The position numbers were made by a program, and so were the translations under genes. Shown piece after piece: positions 17,739-26,568 of a DNA stretch of 47,470 nt (position 1 is the stretch's first letter; each line of letters begins with the position of its first letter). Under the pieces are notes generated by a model, which saw nothing but the letters and a program-made list of their open reading frames with translations, was not told where the DNA came from and searched no databases. The stretch lies in NCBI GenBank assembly GCA_028707125.1, contig JAQTUX010000001.1:928023-975492 (forward strand), written 5' to 3'. The DNA is from Candidatus Omnitrophota bacterium (GTDB lineage: Bacteria > Omnitrophota > Gorgyraeia > Gygaellales > JAQTUX01).

Positions 17739-18542
17739 ATGAAGACAATCAAGTTCACAAAGATGGTGGCAGCGGGCAATGACTTCGTAGTGGTTGAGGG
17801 CAATATCCCGCAGCCGCGAAAGTCAGCCGTTAAAATGTGCCATAGGACTTCCGGCATAGGCGCGGACGGCATGCTTCTTTTAAGCAAAGGCGGGAAAGCG
17901 GATGTCAGAATGCGCGTATTCAACGCCGACGGTTCAGAAGCGGAGATGTGCGGCAACGGAGCAAGGTGCGCCTGCCTTTATTGGGCGGCCAGGACAGGGA
18001 AGAACAATGTAGCGATATCTACCGCTGCCGGCAGAGTGAGCGGCCGCGTCAACGGCAGTATGGTCAGAATAAGGTTAACCGAACCGCGCCGCCTCAGAAT
18101 GGATATACCGATCCGATTAGGGCAGCGCGGCATAAAGGTGAATTACATAGATACAGGAGTGCCTCACGCGGTAGTATTTGTTGAGGGCCTTGATAAAATA
18201 GATGTTCCCGCTATCGGCAGGCAGATCAGGTATCACGGCAGATTTTCCCCCGGCGGCGCTAACGCCGATTTTGTGGAAGTCGCGTCCAAAGACAGGATAA
18301 ACATAAGGACATATGAACGCGGCGTAGAAAATGAAACACTTGCCTGCGGAACAGGGGCGGCCGCGTCAGCGATAGTCACAAGCATAAAATTACAAGGCAG
18401 CGACGGCAGGAAAAAAATAAGCGTATTGACGAGAGGCAAAGAGGAATTAAAGGTTTATTTTAATAAGACAGGCGGCAGTATCAGCGATGTCTGGCTTGAG
18501 GGCGCTGTCAGAGTAGTTTATGGAGGGGAGTATTATGTTTAG
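17739..18542 (+). CDS. dapF: Diaminopimelate epimerase
   Basis: The two catalytic-Cys motifs are MCGNGARC and LACGTGA. Confidence 0.93.
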   Translation: MKTIKFTKMVAAGNDFVVVEGNIPQPRKSAVKMCHRTSGIGADGMLLLSKGGKADVRMRVFNADGSEAEMCGNGARCACLYWAARTGKNNVAISTAAGRVSGRVNGSMVRIRLTEPRRLRMDIPIRLGQRGIKVNYIDTGVPHAVVFVEGLDKIDVPAIGRQIRYHGRFSPGGANADFVEVASKDRINIRTYERGVENETLACGTGAAASAIVTSIKLQGSDGRKKISVLTRGKEELKVYFNKTGGSISDVWLEGAVRVVYGGEYYV

Positions 18543-19413
18543 GGGCTCTATTGTGGCGTTGGTCACGCCGTTTAAGAACGGCAAGGTTGATGAGGCGGCT
18601 CTTAAGAACTTAATAGAATTTCAGATCAAGAACGGCACTTCAGGTATAGTGCCTTGCGGCACAACGGGCGAATCCGCGACGCTTTCTCCCGCGGAGCATA
18701 GTTTAGTGATTGAGCTGACCGTAAAGCTTGTCAACAAACGCGTGCCGGTCATCGCCGGGACCGGTTCTAATTCCACGGATGAGGCGATAGCGCTGACCAG
18801 GCATGCCGCCGACGCGGGCGCGGACGGCTCTCTTCAGGTCTCTCCTTATTATAACAGGCCGACGCAGAAGGGGCTGTTTGAGCATTTTAAGGCGATAGCC
18901 GATTCTGTTGACATACCCATCATACTTTATAATATTGCCTCGCGCACAGGGGTTAACATAGAGCCGGAGACGATCTACGGATTGTCCAGGGAGTGCAAGA
19001 ATATCGTCGGAGTAAAAGAGGCATCGGGGAACCTGGAGCAGATGGCGCGCGTAAAACTGTTATGCGGCGAAAAGTTTGACCTGATCTCCGGGGACGACGG
19101 GCTTACGCTGCCGGTATTGAGCATCGGCGGGACAGGGATCATTTCCGTGGTGGCGAATGTTGTCCCCCGCGATACGGCGGAAATGGTAGGCAGTTTTGAA
19201 AAAGGCAATATCAAAAAGGCCAGGCAGCTGCATTACAGGTTATTGCCTTTGGTCAAAGCGATGTTCATGGAAACCAATCCCATCCCGGTCAAGACGGCCA
19301 TGGGCTTGATGAAATTGTGCGAGCCGACACTGCGGCTGCCGATGTGCCCGATGTCTGAAGGCAATTTCAAGAGATTAAAGATTGTAATGAAGGAATACGG
19401 GCTGATCAAATAA
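18535..19413 (+). CDS. dapA: 4-hydroxy-tetrahydrodipicolinate synthase
   Basis: The motifs are GTTGES and VGVKEASG (Schiff-base Lys). The ATG at 18535 is preceded by the SD ggagggga, whereas the track start at 18520 has none. Confidence 0.93.
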   Translation: MFRGSIVALVTPFKNGKVDEAALKNLIEFQIKNGTSGIVPCGTTGESATLSPAEHSLVIELTVKLVNKRVPVIAGTGSNSTDEAIALTRHAADAGADGSLQVSPYYNRPTQKGLFEHFKAIADSVDIPIILYNIASRTGVNIEPETIYGLSRECKNIVGVKEASGNLEQMARVKLLCGEKFDLISGDDGLTLPVLSIGGTGIISVVANVVPRDTAEMVGSFEKGNIKKARQLHYRLLPLVKAMFMETNPIPVKTAMGLMKLCEPTLRLPMCPMSEGNFKRLKIVMKEYGLIK

Positions 19414-19432
19414 ATCAGAGAGGGATCAAACG

Positions 19433-20143
19433 ATGATAAAATTAGCGGTAGTCGGCGCTGGGGGCAGGATGGGCAGGCGCATCATTGCCTTAGCGAACGA
19501 TGATAAGGAGTTTAACGTCATTTGCGGTATTGAAAAGAGGGGCCACTCCGCCTCCGGCAAGGACGTTGAAGGCGTGAAGATATCCAGCGGCACCGACAAT
19601 ATATTTATGTGCGATGTCGTCATAGATTTCAGCCTTGCCGACGCCTTTCCCGGGACACTGAAGGCCGCGCTGCAATATGGCAAGCCCCTGGTGCTGGGCA
19701 CGACCGGCCTTGGCGCCAAAGAGCAGAAGGAGCTTGAGGGCGCCTCAAAAAAGATCCCCATCGTATATTCGCCTAATTTTTCAATAGGGGTGAATATTCT
19801 ATTTGAAGAGGCGGCGAATTTAGCCGGAAAGCTGGGAAAGGACTACGATATAGAGATAGTGGAGGCGCACCACAACAAAAAGAAGGACGCGCCGAGCGGA
19901 ACGGCAAAACGGTTTGCCCAACTGCTGGCGGACGCGTCGGGCAAGAACATACCGGTCCACGCGGTGCGGTTAGGCGATATAGTGGGAGACCACACAATAA
20001 TTTTCTGCGGCAACAGCGAGCGCATAGAGCTCACGCACAGGGCGCATTCACGCGACCTGTTCGCCAAAGGCGCGCTAAAGGCGGCAAAATGGGTAGTTTC
20101 CCGTCCTGCCGGGCTCTACACTATGAAAGAGGTATTAGGGTAA
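19433..20143 (+). CDS. dapB: 4-hydroxy-tetrahydrodipicolinate reductase
   Basis: The N-terminal Rossmann motif is LAVVGAGGRMG and the signature is EAHHNKKKDAPSGTA. Confidence 0.92.
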   Translation: MIKLAVVGAGGRMGRRIIALANDDKEFNVICGIEKRGHSASGKDVEGVKISSGTDNIFMCDVVIDFSLADAFPGTLKAALQYGKPLVLGTTGLGAKEQKELEGASKKIPIVYSPNFSIGVNILFEEAANLAGKLGKDYDIEIVEAHHNKKKDAPSGTAKRFAQLLADASGKNIPVHAVRLGDIVGDHTIIFCGNSERIELTHRAHSRDLFAKGALKAAKWVVSRPAGLYTMKEVLG

Positions 20144-20144
20144 T

Positions 20145-21302
20145 ATGCCTGCGATTTCCCGGAAACTTAAGCTGCTTCCTCCGTATTTGTTCCTTAAGAT
20201 CGACGAGGCAAAACGGAAGGCCGTAAAAGAGGGCAGGGATATAATTGACTTTGGCATCGGCGACCCTGATCAGCCCACCCCCGGGCATATTATAGACAAA
20301 CTCTGCCGGGCGGCAGGCGATCCCCTTAATCATCGTTATGCCTTAGACCAGGGTATGCCTCTGTTGCGCCGGGCGATCGCTGAATGGTATCAGAAAAGGT
20401 TTAACGTCGGCATTGACCCCGAAAAGGAAGTCCTGCCTTTGATCGGTTCAAAAGAAGGCATTGCCCACCTGCCTTTGGCATTTTTAAATACGGGCGACTA
20501 TTCGCTCATCCCCGATCCCTGTTATCCCCCTTATAAAGGCGGCACTATATTCGCGGGCGGCAAGCCCCATCTTTTGCCTCTACGCGGATCAAACGCCTTC
20601 CTCCCGGACCTCAAAAAAATACCTTCAGGTGTCCTGAAAAGGGCTAAGCTGATTTACGTAAACTATCCCAACAATCCCACTTCTGCCTGCGCGGAGAAAG
20701 ATTTCTACAGGAATTTAGTCAAGTTCGCCGCTAAAAACAATCTTATAATTGTCTCAGACCTTGCTTATTCAGAGATTGCTTATGAAGGATATAAGCCGTG
20801 CAGCCTGCTGGAGGTTGATGGCGCAAAACAGCTCACCATAGAATTCCATTCTTTGTCCAAGACCTATAATATGACCGGCTGGCGCGCGGGCTGGGCATGC
20901 GGAAACGCGCAGGCAATAGCGGCGCTGGCAAAGGTCAAATCAAACATTGATTCGGGCATATTCTCGGCAATACAGTTAGCCGCGGCCGGCGCGCTTACCG
21001 GCCCCCAGGAGCATATTGAACATATGAACGGGCTTTATCAGGAGAGGCGGGATACGCTGATATCCGGATTAAGCTCGCTGGGATGGAAGGTTACGCCTCC
21101 CCGGGCAACTTTTTATGTGTGGCTTGATATACCTGAGCGGATGGACTCTATAAAGTTTTCCGCTTTATTATTGGAAAAGGCGGATATCATAGCCACGCCG
21201 GGAGTTGGTTTCGGTAAATATGGAGAGGGATACGTGCGCCTCGCGTTGACCGTGCCTGTGGAGAGGATCAGGGAGGCGATTGGTAGATTGAGGAAGATAT
21301 GA
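20145..21302 (+). CDS. dapL: LL-diaminopimelate aminotransferase (class I aminotransferase)
   Basis: The motifs are LPPYLF, NYPNNPT and SLSKTYNMTGWRAG. The gene sits directly after dapB in a cluster that lacks dapD/dapC/dapE, which supports the DapL assignment by inference. Confidence 0.8.
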   Translation: MPAISRKLKLLPPYLFLKIDEAKRKAVKEGRDIIDFGIGDPDQPTPGHIIDKLCRAAGDPLNHRYALDQGMPLLRRAIAEWYQKRFNVGIDPEKEVLPLIGSKEGIAHLPLAFLNTGDYSLIPDPCYPPYKGGTIFAGGKPHLLPLRGSNAFLPDLKKIPSGVLKRAKLIYVNYPNNPTSACAEKDFYRNLVKFAAKNNLIIVSDLAYSEIAYEGYKPCSLLEVDGAKQLTIEFHSLSKTYNMTGWRAGWACGNAQAIAALAKVKSNIDSGIFSAIQLAAAGALTGPQEHIEHMNGLYQERRDTLISGLSSLGWKVTPPRATFYVWLDIPERMDSIKFSALLLEKADIIATPGVGFGKYGEGYVRLALTVPVERIREAIGRLRKI

Positions 21303-21303
21303 A

Positions 21304-21717
21304 ATGGCTATCTGCTACATCGGTATCGGCTCCAATCTGGGCGACAGAGAAAAGAATATTAAAGGATCGATCAGAAGGATGAACCGCGTAGACGGCATAA
21401 GCGCGTTGAAGCGATCAAGCATTTATGAAACAGAGCCGCAAGGAGGCCCTCCTCAGGGTAAATTCCTGAATGCCTGTGTTAAGATACGCGCGCGACTTAA
21501 GCCGCAGGATTTATTGAAGGCGCTTAAGTCCATAGAGCGCGAAATGGGCCGCAGGAAAACAGCGCGTTTTGGGCCGCGCATCATAGACCTGGATATTTTA
21601 CTTTACGGCAATGAGAAAATAAGCCGGAGAGGGCTGAAGATACCGCATCCGAGAATGCTTGAACGGGATTTTGTATTGATGCCGCTAAAAGAGATCGCGC
21701 CGAAGATAAAGATATGA
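21304..21717 (+). CDS. folK: 2-amino-4-hydroxy-6-hydroxymethyldihydropteridine diphosphokinase
   Basis: The motifs are IGSNLGDR, IDLDILLYG and HPRMLERDFVLMPL. Confidence 0.9.
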   Translation: MAICYIGIGSNLGDREKNIKGSIRRMNRVDGISALKRSSIYETEPQGGPPQGKFLNACVKIRARLKPQDLLKALKSIEREMGRRKTARFGPRIIDLDILLYGNEKISRRGLKIPHPRMLERDFVLMPLKEIAPKIKI

Positions 21718-22559
21718 GATTGATACGCAGCATAGCATCTATGCGGCAATATTGCCTGATGGCCAGGGCCAGGGGTAAGACGATAGGCCTTGTGCCGACT
21801 ATGGGCGCCCTGCATAAAGGCCATCTTTCTCTCATCAGCAGGTCGCGCGAAGAGAACGGCGTTTCCCTGGTCAGTATATTCGTTAACCCGGCGCAGTTTG
21901 TCAGGGGGGAGGATCTGAAAAGATACCCCAGAGATCTTAAGGGCGATCTGGGCCTGGCAAGAAGGGCGGGGGTGGACGCGGTATTTTGCCCGCGGGTAAA
22001 GGAGATTTATCCCCGCGGATACAGGACATACGTTGAAGTTGAAAAAATAAGCGGTGTCCTCTGCGGTAAATCCAGGCCCGGCCACTTCAGGGGCGTTACA
22101 ACGATAGTGGCAAAATTATTTAATATCGTAATGCCGGACGTTGCTTATTTCGGACAAAAGGACGCGCAGCAGGCGGTGATCATCCGCAGGATGGCCCGCG
22201 ACCTGAATATTCCCGTTAAGATAGAGGTAATGCCGATAGTAAGGGAGCCGGACGGGCTGGCTATGAGCTCAAGGAATATTTATCTTAACAGCCGCCAGAG
22301 GCGGGAGGCGGCTATATTATGTAAGTCATTGAAGCTGGCTAAGGAAATGGCGGCGTCGGGAGAGCGCGAAGCAAAGGTCATAATATCGGCGATGAGGCGG
22401 CTCATATCGGGAATAGGCGGGGCCAGGATAGATTATATAGATATAGTCCATCCGGACGACTTAAACGAAATGAGGGTGATAAAGGGCAGGGCCCTGGCTG
22501 TTTTGGCTGTGCGTATAGGCCGGACGCGCCTGATAGATAATATGGCCATTAAAGCATGA
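21714..22559 (+). CDS. panC: Pantoate--beta-alanine ligase
   Basis: The HIGH-type motif is PTMGALHKGHLSLI, and FGQKDAQQ is also present. Confidence 0.93.
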   Translation: MRLIRSIASMRQYCLMARARGKTIGLVPTMGALHKGHLSLISRSREENGVSLVSIFVNPAQFVRGEDLKRYPRDLKGDLGLARRAGVDAVFCPRVKEIYPRGYRTYVEVEKISGVLCGKSRPGHFRGVTTIVAKLFNIVMPDVAYFGQKDAQQAVIIRRMARDLNIPVKIEVMPIVREPDGLAMSSRNIYLNSRQRREAAILCKSLKLAKEMAASGEREAKVIISAMRRLISGIGGARIDYIDIVHPDDLNEMRVIKGRALAVLAVRIGRTRLIDNMAIKA

Positions 22560-23374
22560 AGCGTTTAAGAATAGGTATAATCGGATGCGGGGCGATAGGC
22601 AGTTATCTCGCGAAGGTGATCGTCAGGGATCTTTCCGGGCGCGCCGTGCTCGTTTCCATATACGATACTGATACTTCAAAGGCAGAACGGCTGGCGTCTG
22701 AACTTGGCGGTAAGGCCATCATAGAGAAGTCGGCGGCGCACCTCATAAGGCGCGTTGACCTGATTGTGGAGGCAGCGTCCGCGTCCGCCTCGGCGGGCAT
22801 AGCGCGCGATGCCCTTAATCTGAAAAAGGACATCATGGTCATGAGCGTGGGCGGGTTGCTGGGCTGCTACGATGAACTTCTGGCTCTGGCGGACAGGAAT
22901 AATTGCCGTGTCTATATCCCCAGCGGCGCTGTATGCGGCATAGACGGGATCAAGGCGCAGCGTTTAGCCGGCATAAAGAGCGTGAGGTTGACCACGCGCA
23001 AATACGCCGGCACCTTTAAGGATGTGCCGTATGTGCGCGAGAACAATATAACGCTGGACGGGCTTAGCGAGGATAAGGTAATATTTGAAGGCAGCGCGAA
23101 GGAGGCAGTGAGGCATTTTCCCCGCAATATAAACGTTGCCGCTACTTTGAGTTTAGCCGGCATAGGCGCGGAAAATACCCGGGTGAGGATAGTGGCCTCA
23201 CCGGCGCTGGAGAACAATATACACGAGATAGAGATAGACGGAGCGGCGGGAAAGATATTTGTTCGCACTGAGAACATAACGCATCCGGATAACCCCAAGA
23301 CGAGCTTTATGGCAGTGCTCTCCGCGGTAGAGGCGCTGCGCGATGTTTTGGGCAACGTCAGGATAGGAACATAA
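22556..23374 (+). CDS. nadX: L-aspartate dehydrogenase
   Basis: The Rossmann motif is IGIIGCGAIGSYLA. The central GAVCGIDGIKA and C-terminal HPDNPKTS regions, together with the length (272 aa), match the aspartate dehydrogenase family as I recall it. Confidence 0.75.
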   Translation: MKRLRIGIIGCGAIGSYLAKVIVRDLSGRAVLVSIYDTDTSKAERLASELGGKAIIEKSAAHLIRRVDLIVEAASASASAGIARDALNLKKDIMVMSVGGLLGCYDELLALADRNNCRVYIPSGAVCGIDGIKAQRLAGIKSVRLTTRKYAGTFKDVPYVRENNITLDGLSEDKVIFEGSAKEAVRHFPRNINVAATLSLAGIGAENTRVRIVASPALENNIHEIEIDGAAGKIFVRTENITHPDNPKTSFMAVLSAVEALRDVLGNVRIGT

Positions 23375-23400
23375 TTCATAACGGAAGGAGGTGATAGTTA

Positions 23401-23646
23401 ATGGCAACGAAAGTCGTCAAATTAGGCATCAAAAGGAAAAAGGGCTACCTCTATTATGTTGACAAGAAAGGCGATGTCTCTTGCGCCAAGATGGCAAGAG
23501 GCAAGTCAAAAGGCGGTTCACCGCAAAAGGTGGAAAAGTGCGGCATAGAGAGGAAAGCGGGCTACCTGTATTTCATTGACAAGAAAGGCGATGTCTCTTG
23601 CGCCAAGATGGTCAGAGGCGGCAGAAAGCGGAAAAAGAAGAGATAG
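23401..23646 (+). CDS. Small (81 aa), very basic protein made of two ~39-aa tandem repeats
   Basis: The repeats are G(I)KRKKGYLYYVDKKGDVSCAKMARG and GIERKAGYLYFIDKKGDVSCAKMVRG, followed by a KRKKKR tail. The gene has a strong SD (ggaaggagg) and its own terminator. Confidence 0.8.
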   Translation: MATKVVKLGIKRKKGYLYYVDKKGDVSCAKMARGKSKGGSPQKVEKCGIERKAGYLYFIDKKGDVSCAKMVRGGRKRKKKR

Positions 23647-23661
23647 TTTTTCTAAAAATAG

Positions 23662-23703
23662 GCCCCTGTTTATCCCGTAAGATTTACAGGGGCTTATTTT
23701 TTT
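23662..23703 (+). terminator. Rho-independent terminator
   Basis: The stem pairs gcccctgt (23662-23669) with acaggggc (23686-23693) and is followed by ttattttttt. Confidence 0.8.
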
Positions 23704-23711
23704 GGTAGAAT
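23703..23711 (+). promoter_or_regulatory. Extended -10 element TGgTAGAAT directly upstream of uvrA
   Basis: tggtagaat lies at 23703-23711. The uvrA ATG at 23721 is only 9 nt downstream and no SD lies between. Confidence 0.35.
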
Positions 23712-23720
23712 GTAACTGCT

Positions 23721-26504
23721 ATGGACAAGATAATCATTAAAGGGGCGAAGGAGCACAACCTTAAGAACATAGACCTGGATATCCCCCGCGATAAACTGGT
23801 TGTAATTACCGGCCTGTCCGGTTCAGGCAAATCAAGCCTTGCCTTTGATACCATATACGCGGAGGGCCAGAGGCGCTATGTTGAGAGTTTATCCAGCTAT
23901 GCCCGGCAGTTTCTGGAGCAGATGCAGAAGCCGGACGTGGAATATATTGAAGGGCTTTCTCCGGCCATTGCCATAGAGCAAAGGTCGGGTTCGGGCAACC
24001 CGCGTTCTATAGTAGGGACCCAGACCGAGATATACGATTATTTGCGGCTTGCCTTTGCCCGCGTAGGCAAAATATTCTGTTATCAATGCGGCAGGGAGAT
24101 CTCCCGCCAGAGCTCGCAGGAGATCGTTAACAGGCTGCTGCGGCTGCCTTCGGGGAGCCGTATAGAGATCCTGTCCGCCCTTGTGCGCGGCAGAAAGGGC
24201 GAGCATAGGAAATTGCTTGACGATATAAAGAAGTCGGGTTTTGCCAGGGTGCGCGTAGACGGAAAGTTCTTTGAACTCTCCGGGAAGATAGCCCTGGACA
24301 AGAAACGCAGCCACAACATAGAAGTCGTGGTAGACCGGCTTGTCATAAATGACACCATAAAGGGCCGCCTGGGCGACTCTGTTGAAACGGCCTTGAAAAC
24401 AGGTAAGGGCGTTGTAATAGCCAGAAGGCTGGATAATGCCGAAGAAATGGTTTTCAGCGAAGAGTATGCCTGCCCTCAATGCGGTATAAGCTATCCTGAA
24501 GTTGAGCCGCGCATCTTCTCTTTTAATTCGCCCTTTGGCGCCTGCCCTGCCTGTAACGGTTTGGGGACGAAGCTTGAGTTTGACCTTGATTTTGTCATAC
24601 CCGATAAAAGCAAATCAATCAACGAAGGCGCGATCGAGCCCTGGAAGCGCGGCGGCAGGGGGTATATCCTTTATTACAGGGCGCTGATAAGGGAACTGGC
24701 GGGAGAATTGGGCTTTAGTTTAGACACGCCTTTTAACCGGTTGGATAAAAAGACGCAGCGCGTAATACTCTACGGAGGCGACGCGGAGGTGTGGGGAAAG
24801 AGGTTTGAGGGGATCATACCTCATCTTGAGCGTCTGTTTAACCAGACAGACAGCGACTATCTGAAGCAGCAGATATCGCGCTTTATGTCTGTCCTGCCCT
24901 GTTCAGAATGTAACGGAGCGCGGCTTAAAAAAGAGAGCTTGTTTGTCAAGCTCAACGGCAAGTCAATATACGATGTGGTGCGCATGACCATCGGCCAGGC
25001 AAAGGAGTTTTTTGAGTCCCTTAAATTAAGCGAGAACGAGAAGGCGATCGCCCGCCAGATAGTCAAGGAGATCTCCGCCAGATTGCAATTTTGCATTGAC
25101 GTGGGGCTTGATTACCTTACGCTGGACAGGCAGAGCGGCACGCTTTCCGGCGGCGAGGCGCAGAGGATACGCCTGGCAACTCAAGTGGGCTCCAAACTGG
25201 CGGGGGTGCTGTATATACTGGATGAACCCAGCATAGGGCTGCATCAAAAGGACAACAGAAAACTCCTCAGCACATTAAAGTCGCTTCGCGACCTGGGCAA
25301 TACGATCATTGTGGTAGAGCATGATGAACAGACGATCCGCAGCGCGGATCACGTGATCGACCTCGGGCCGGGAGCGGGCCGTTTCGGAGGCGAGGTGATC
25401 TTCAGCGGAGGGCTGCCTGATCTGCTGAAGAGCAAGAGGTCTCTTACTGCCGGGTATCTTAATTCTGAACTGAAAATAGCCCTGCCTGATAAGAAGCGCG
25501 GATGGCGGGAGAAAAAATTCATAGAGATAAAAGGCGCCGGCGAGCATAATTTGAAGGATATAGACGTAAAATTCCCTTTGGGGGTATTTACCTGCGTTAC
25601 CGGAGTTTCCGGCTCGGGAAAATCCACGCTTATTGACGATATACTCTACAGGGCTTTGGCGCAGAAGATCTATGACTCCCGCTTGAAGCCCGGAAGCCAT
25701 AAGAGGATCAACGGCACAGACAACATAGATAAGGTCATTGTTATTGACCAGTCGCCCATAGGCCGCACTCCCCGTTCCTGCCCCGCTACTTATGCCGGTG
25801 TATTCGGGCATATAAGGGATATCTATTCCCGGCTTCCTCAGGCGCGCCTGAGAGGGTATAAGCCGGGACGTTTTAGTTTTAACGTAAAAGGCGGCAGGTG
25901 CGAGGCCTGTACGGGAGACGGCATAAAGAAGATAGAGATGCACTTTCTTCCCGACGTGTATATAAAGTGCGACGTCTGCAAAGGCAGCAGGTTCAACGAA
26001 CAGACCATGGAGGTGAAATTCAAAGGGAAGTCAATTTCAGAGGTGCTTGACTGCCCCGTGGAAGAGGCGCTTGTATTATTTGAAAGCATACCTTCCATAG
26101 CGAACATCCTGAGAACGCTTAATGATGTGGGTCTAGGCTATATACAGCTGGGCCAGCCCGCCACTACCTTATCCGGAGGCGAAGCGCAGAGAGTAAAGCT
26201 TGCCGCTGAGCTGAGTAAACGCGATACCGGCAGGACGTTCTATCTATTGGATGAGCCGACCAGCGGCCTGCATTTTGCCGATGTTGATAAATTGCTTTCG
26301 GTGCTGCAGCGGCTTGTGGACAAAGGCAATACAGTGGTCGTGGTTGAGCATAACCTTGAGGTCATAAAGTGCTGCGACTACGTGATCGATCTGGGCCCGG
26401 AGGGCGGCGACAGGGGTGGCGAGGTTGTTGCCGCGTGCTCTCCCGAAGAGCTGATAAAGGTAGAAAAATCTTATACTGGCAGGTATTTAAAAAGAATGTT
26501 ATAA
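23721..26504 (+). CDS. uvrA: Excinuclease ABC subunit A
   Basis: There are two ABC modules (GLSGSGKSS and GVSGSGKST, with LSGGEAQR twice), CxxC zinc-finger pairs, and a length of 927 aa. Confidence 0.98.
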   Translation: MDKIIIKGAKEHNLKNIDLDIPRDKLVVITGLSGSGKSSLAFDTIYAEGQRRYVESLSSYARQFLEQMQKPDVEYIEGLSPAIAIEQRSGSGNPRSIVGTQTEIYDYLRLAFARVGKIFCYQCGREISRQSSQEIVNRLLRLPSGSRIEILSALVRGRKGEHRKLLDDIKKSGFARVRVDGKFFELSGKIALDKKRSHNIEVVVDRLVINDTIKGRLGDSVETALKTGKGVVIARRLDNAEEMVFSEEYACPQCGISYPEVEPRIFSFNSPFGACPACNGLGTKLEFDLDFVIPDKSKSINEGAIEPWKRGGRGYILYYRALIRELAGELGFSLDTPFNRLDKKTQRVILYGGDAEVWGKRFEGIIPHLERLFNQTDSDYLKQQISRFMSVLPCSECNGARLKKESLFVKLNGKSIYDVVRMTIGQAKEFFESLKLSENEKAIARQIVKEISARLQFCIDVGLDYLTLDRQSGTLSGGEAQRIRLATQVGSKLAGVLYILDEPSIGLHQKDNRKLLSTLKSLRDLGNTIIVVEHDEQTIRSADHVIDLGPGAGRFGGEVIFSGGLPDLLKSKRSLTAGYLNSELKIALPDKKRGWREKKFIEIKGAGEHNLKDIDVKFPLGVFTCVTGVSGSGKSTLIDDILYRALAQKIYDSRLKPGSHKRINGTDNIDKVIVIDQSPIGRTPRSCPATYAGVFGHIRDIYSRLPQARLRGYKPGRFSFNVKGGRCEACTGDGIKKIEMHFLPDVYIKCDVCKGSRFNEQTMEVKFKGKSISEVLDCPVEEALVLFESIPSIANILRTLNDVGLGYIQLGQPATTLSGGEAQRVKLAAELSKRDTGRTFYLLDEPTSGLHFADVDKLLSVLQRLVDKGNTVVVVEHNLEVIKCCDYVIDLGPEGGDRGGEVVAACSPEELIKVEKSYTGRYLKRML

Positions 26505-26518
26505 TATCCTAAAGCAAA

Positions 26519-26546
26519 CCCTAAACCCTAAACATTAAACTCTAAA
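26519..26546 (+). repeat. Four tandem heptamers (ccctaaa ccctaaa cattaaa ctctaaa) within a G-depleted C/A-rich leader
   Basis: Read directly from the sequence. From 26505 to 26567 there is only one G. Confidence 0.7.
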
Positions 26547-26568
26547 CAAACTCAAAATACAAAACCTG

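Noticed and set aside
23889-25943. Long minus-strand ORFs (196 aa and 222 aa) inside uvrA. Similar ones lie inside the giant protein, argJ, argB, argD, pilB, pilC and mtaB.
   Set aside because: All lie antisense to or overlap genes with unambiguous family motifs. I recognise no motifs in them, and they are Arg/Pro/Ser-rich, as expected for antisense frames.
26519-26546. CCCTAAA repeats as telomere-like or eukaryotic contamination signal
   Set aside because: There are only two perfect and two degenerate heptamers, embedded between two clearly bacterial genes. I treat it as a low-complexity leader instead.
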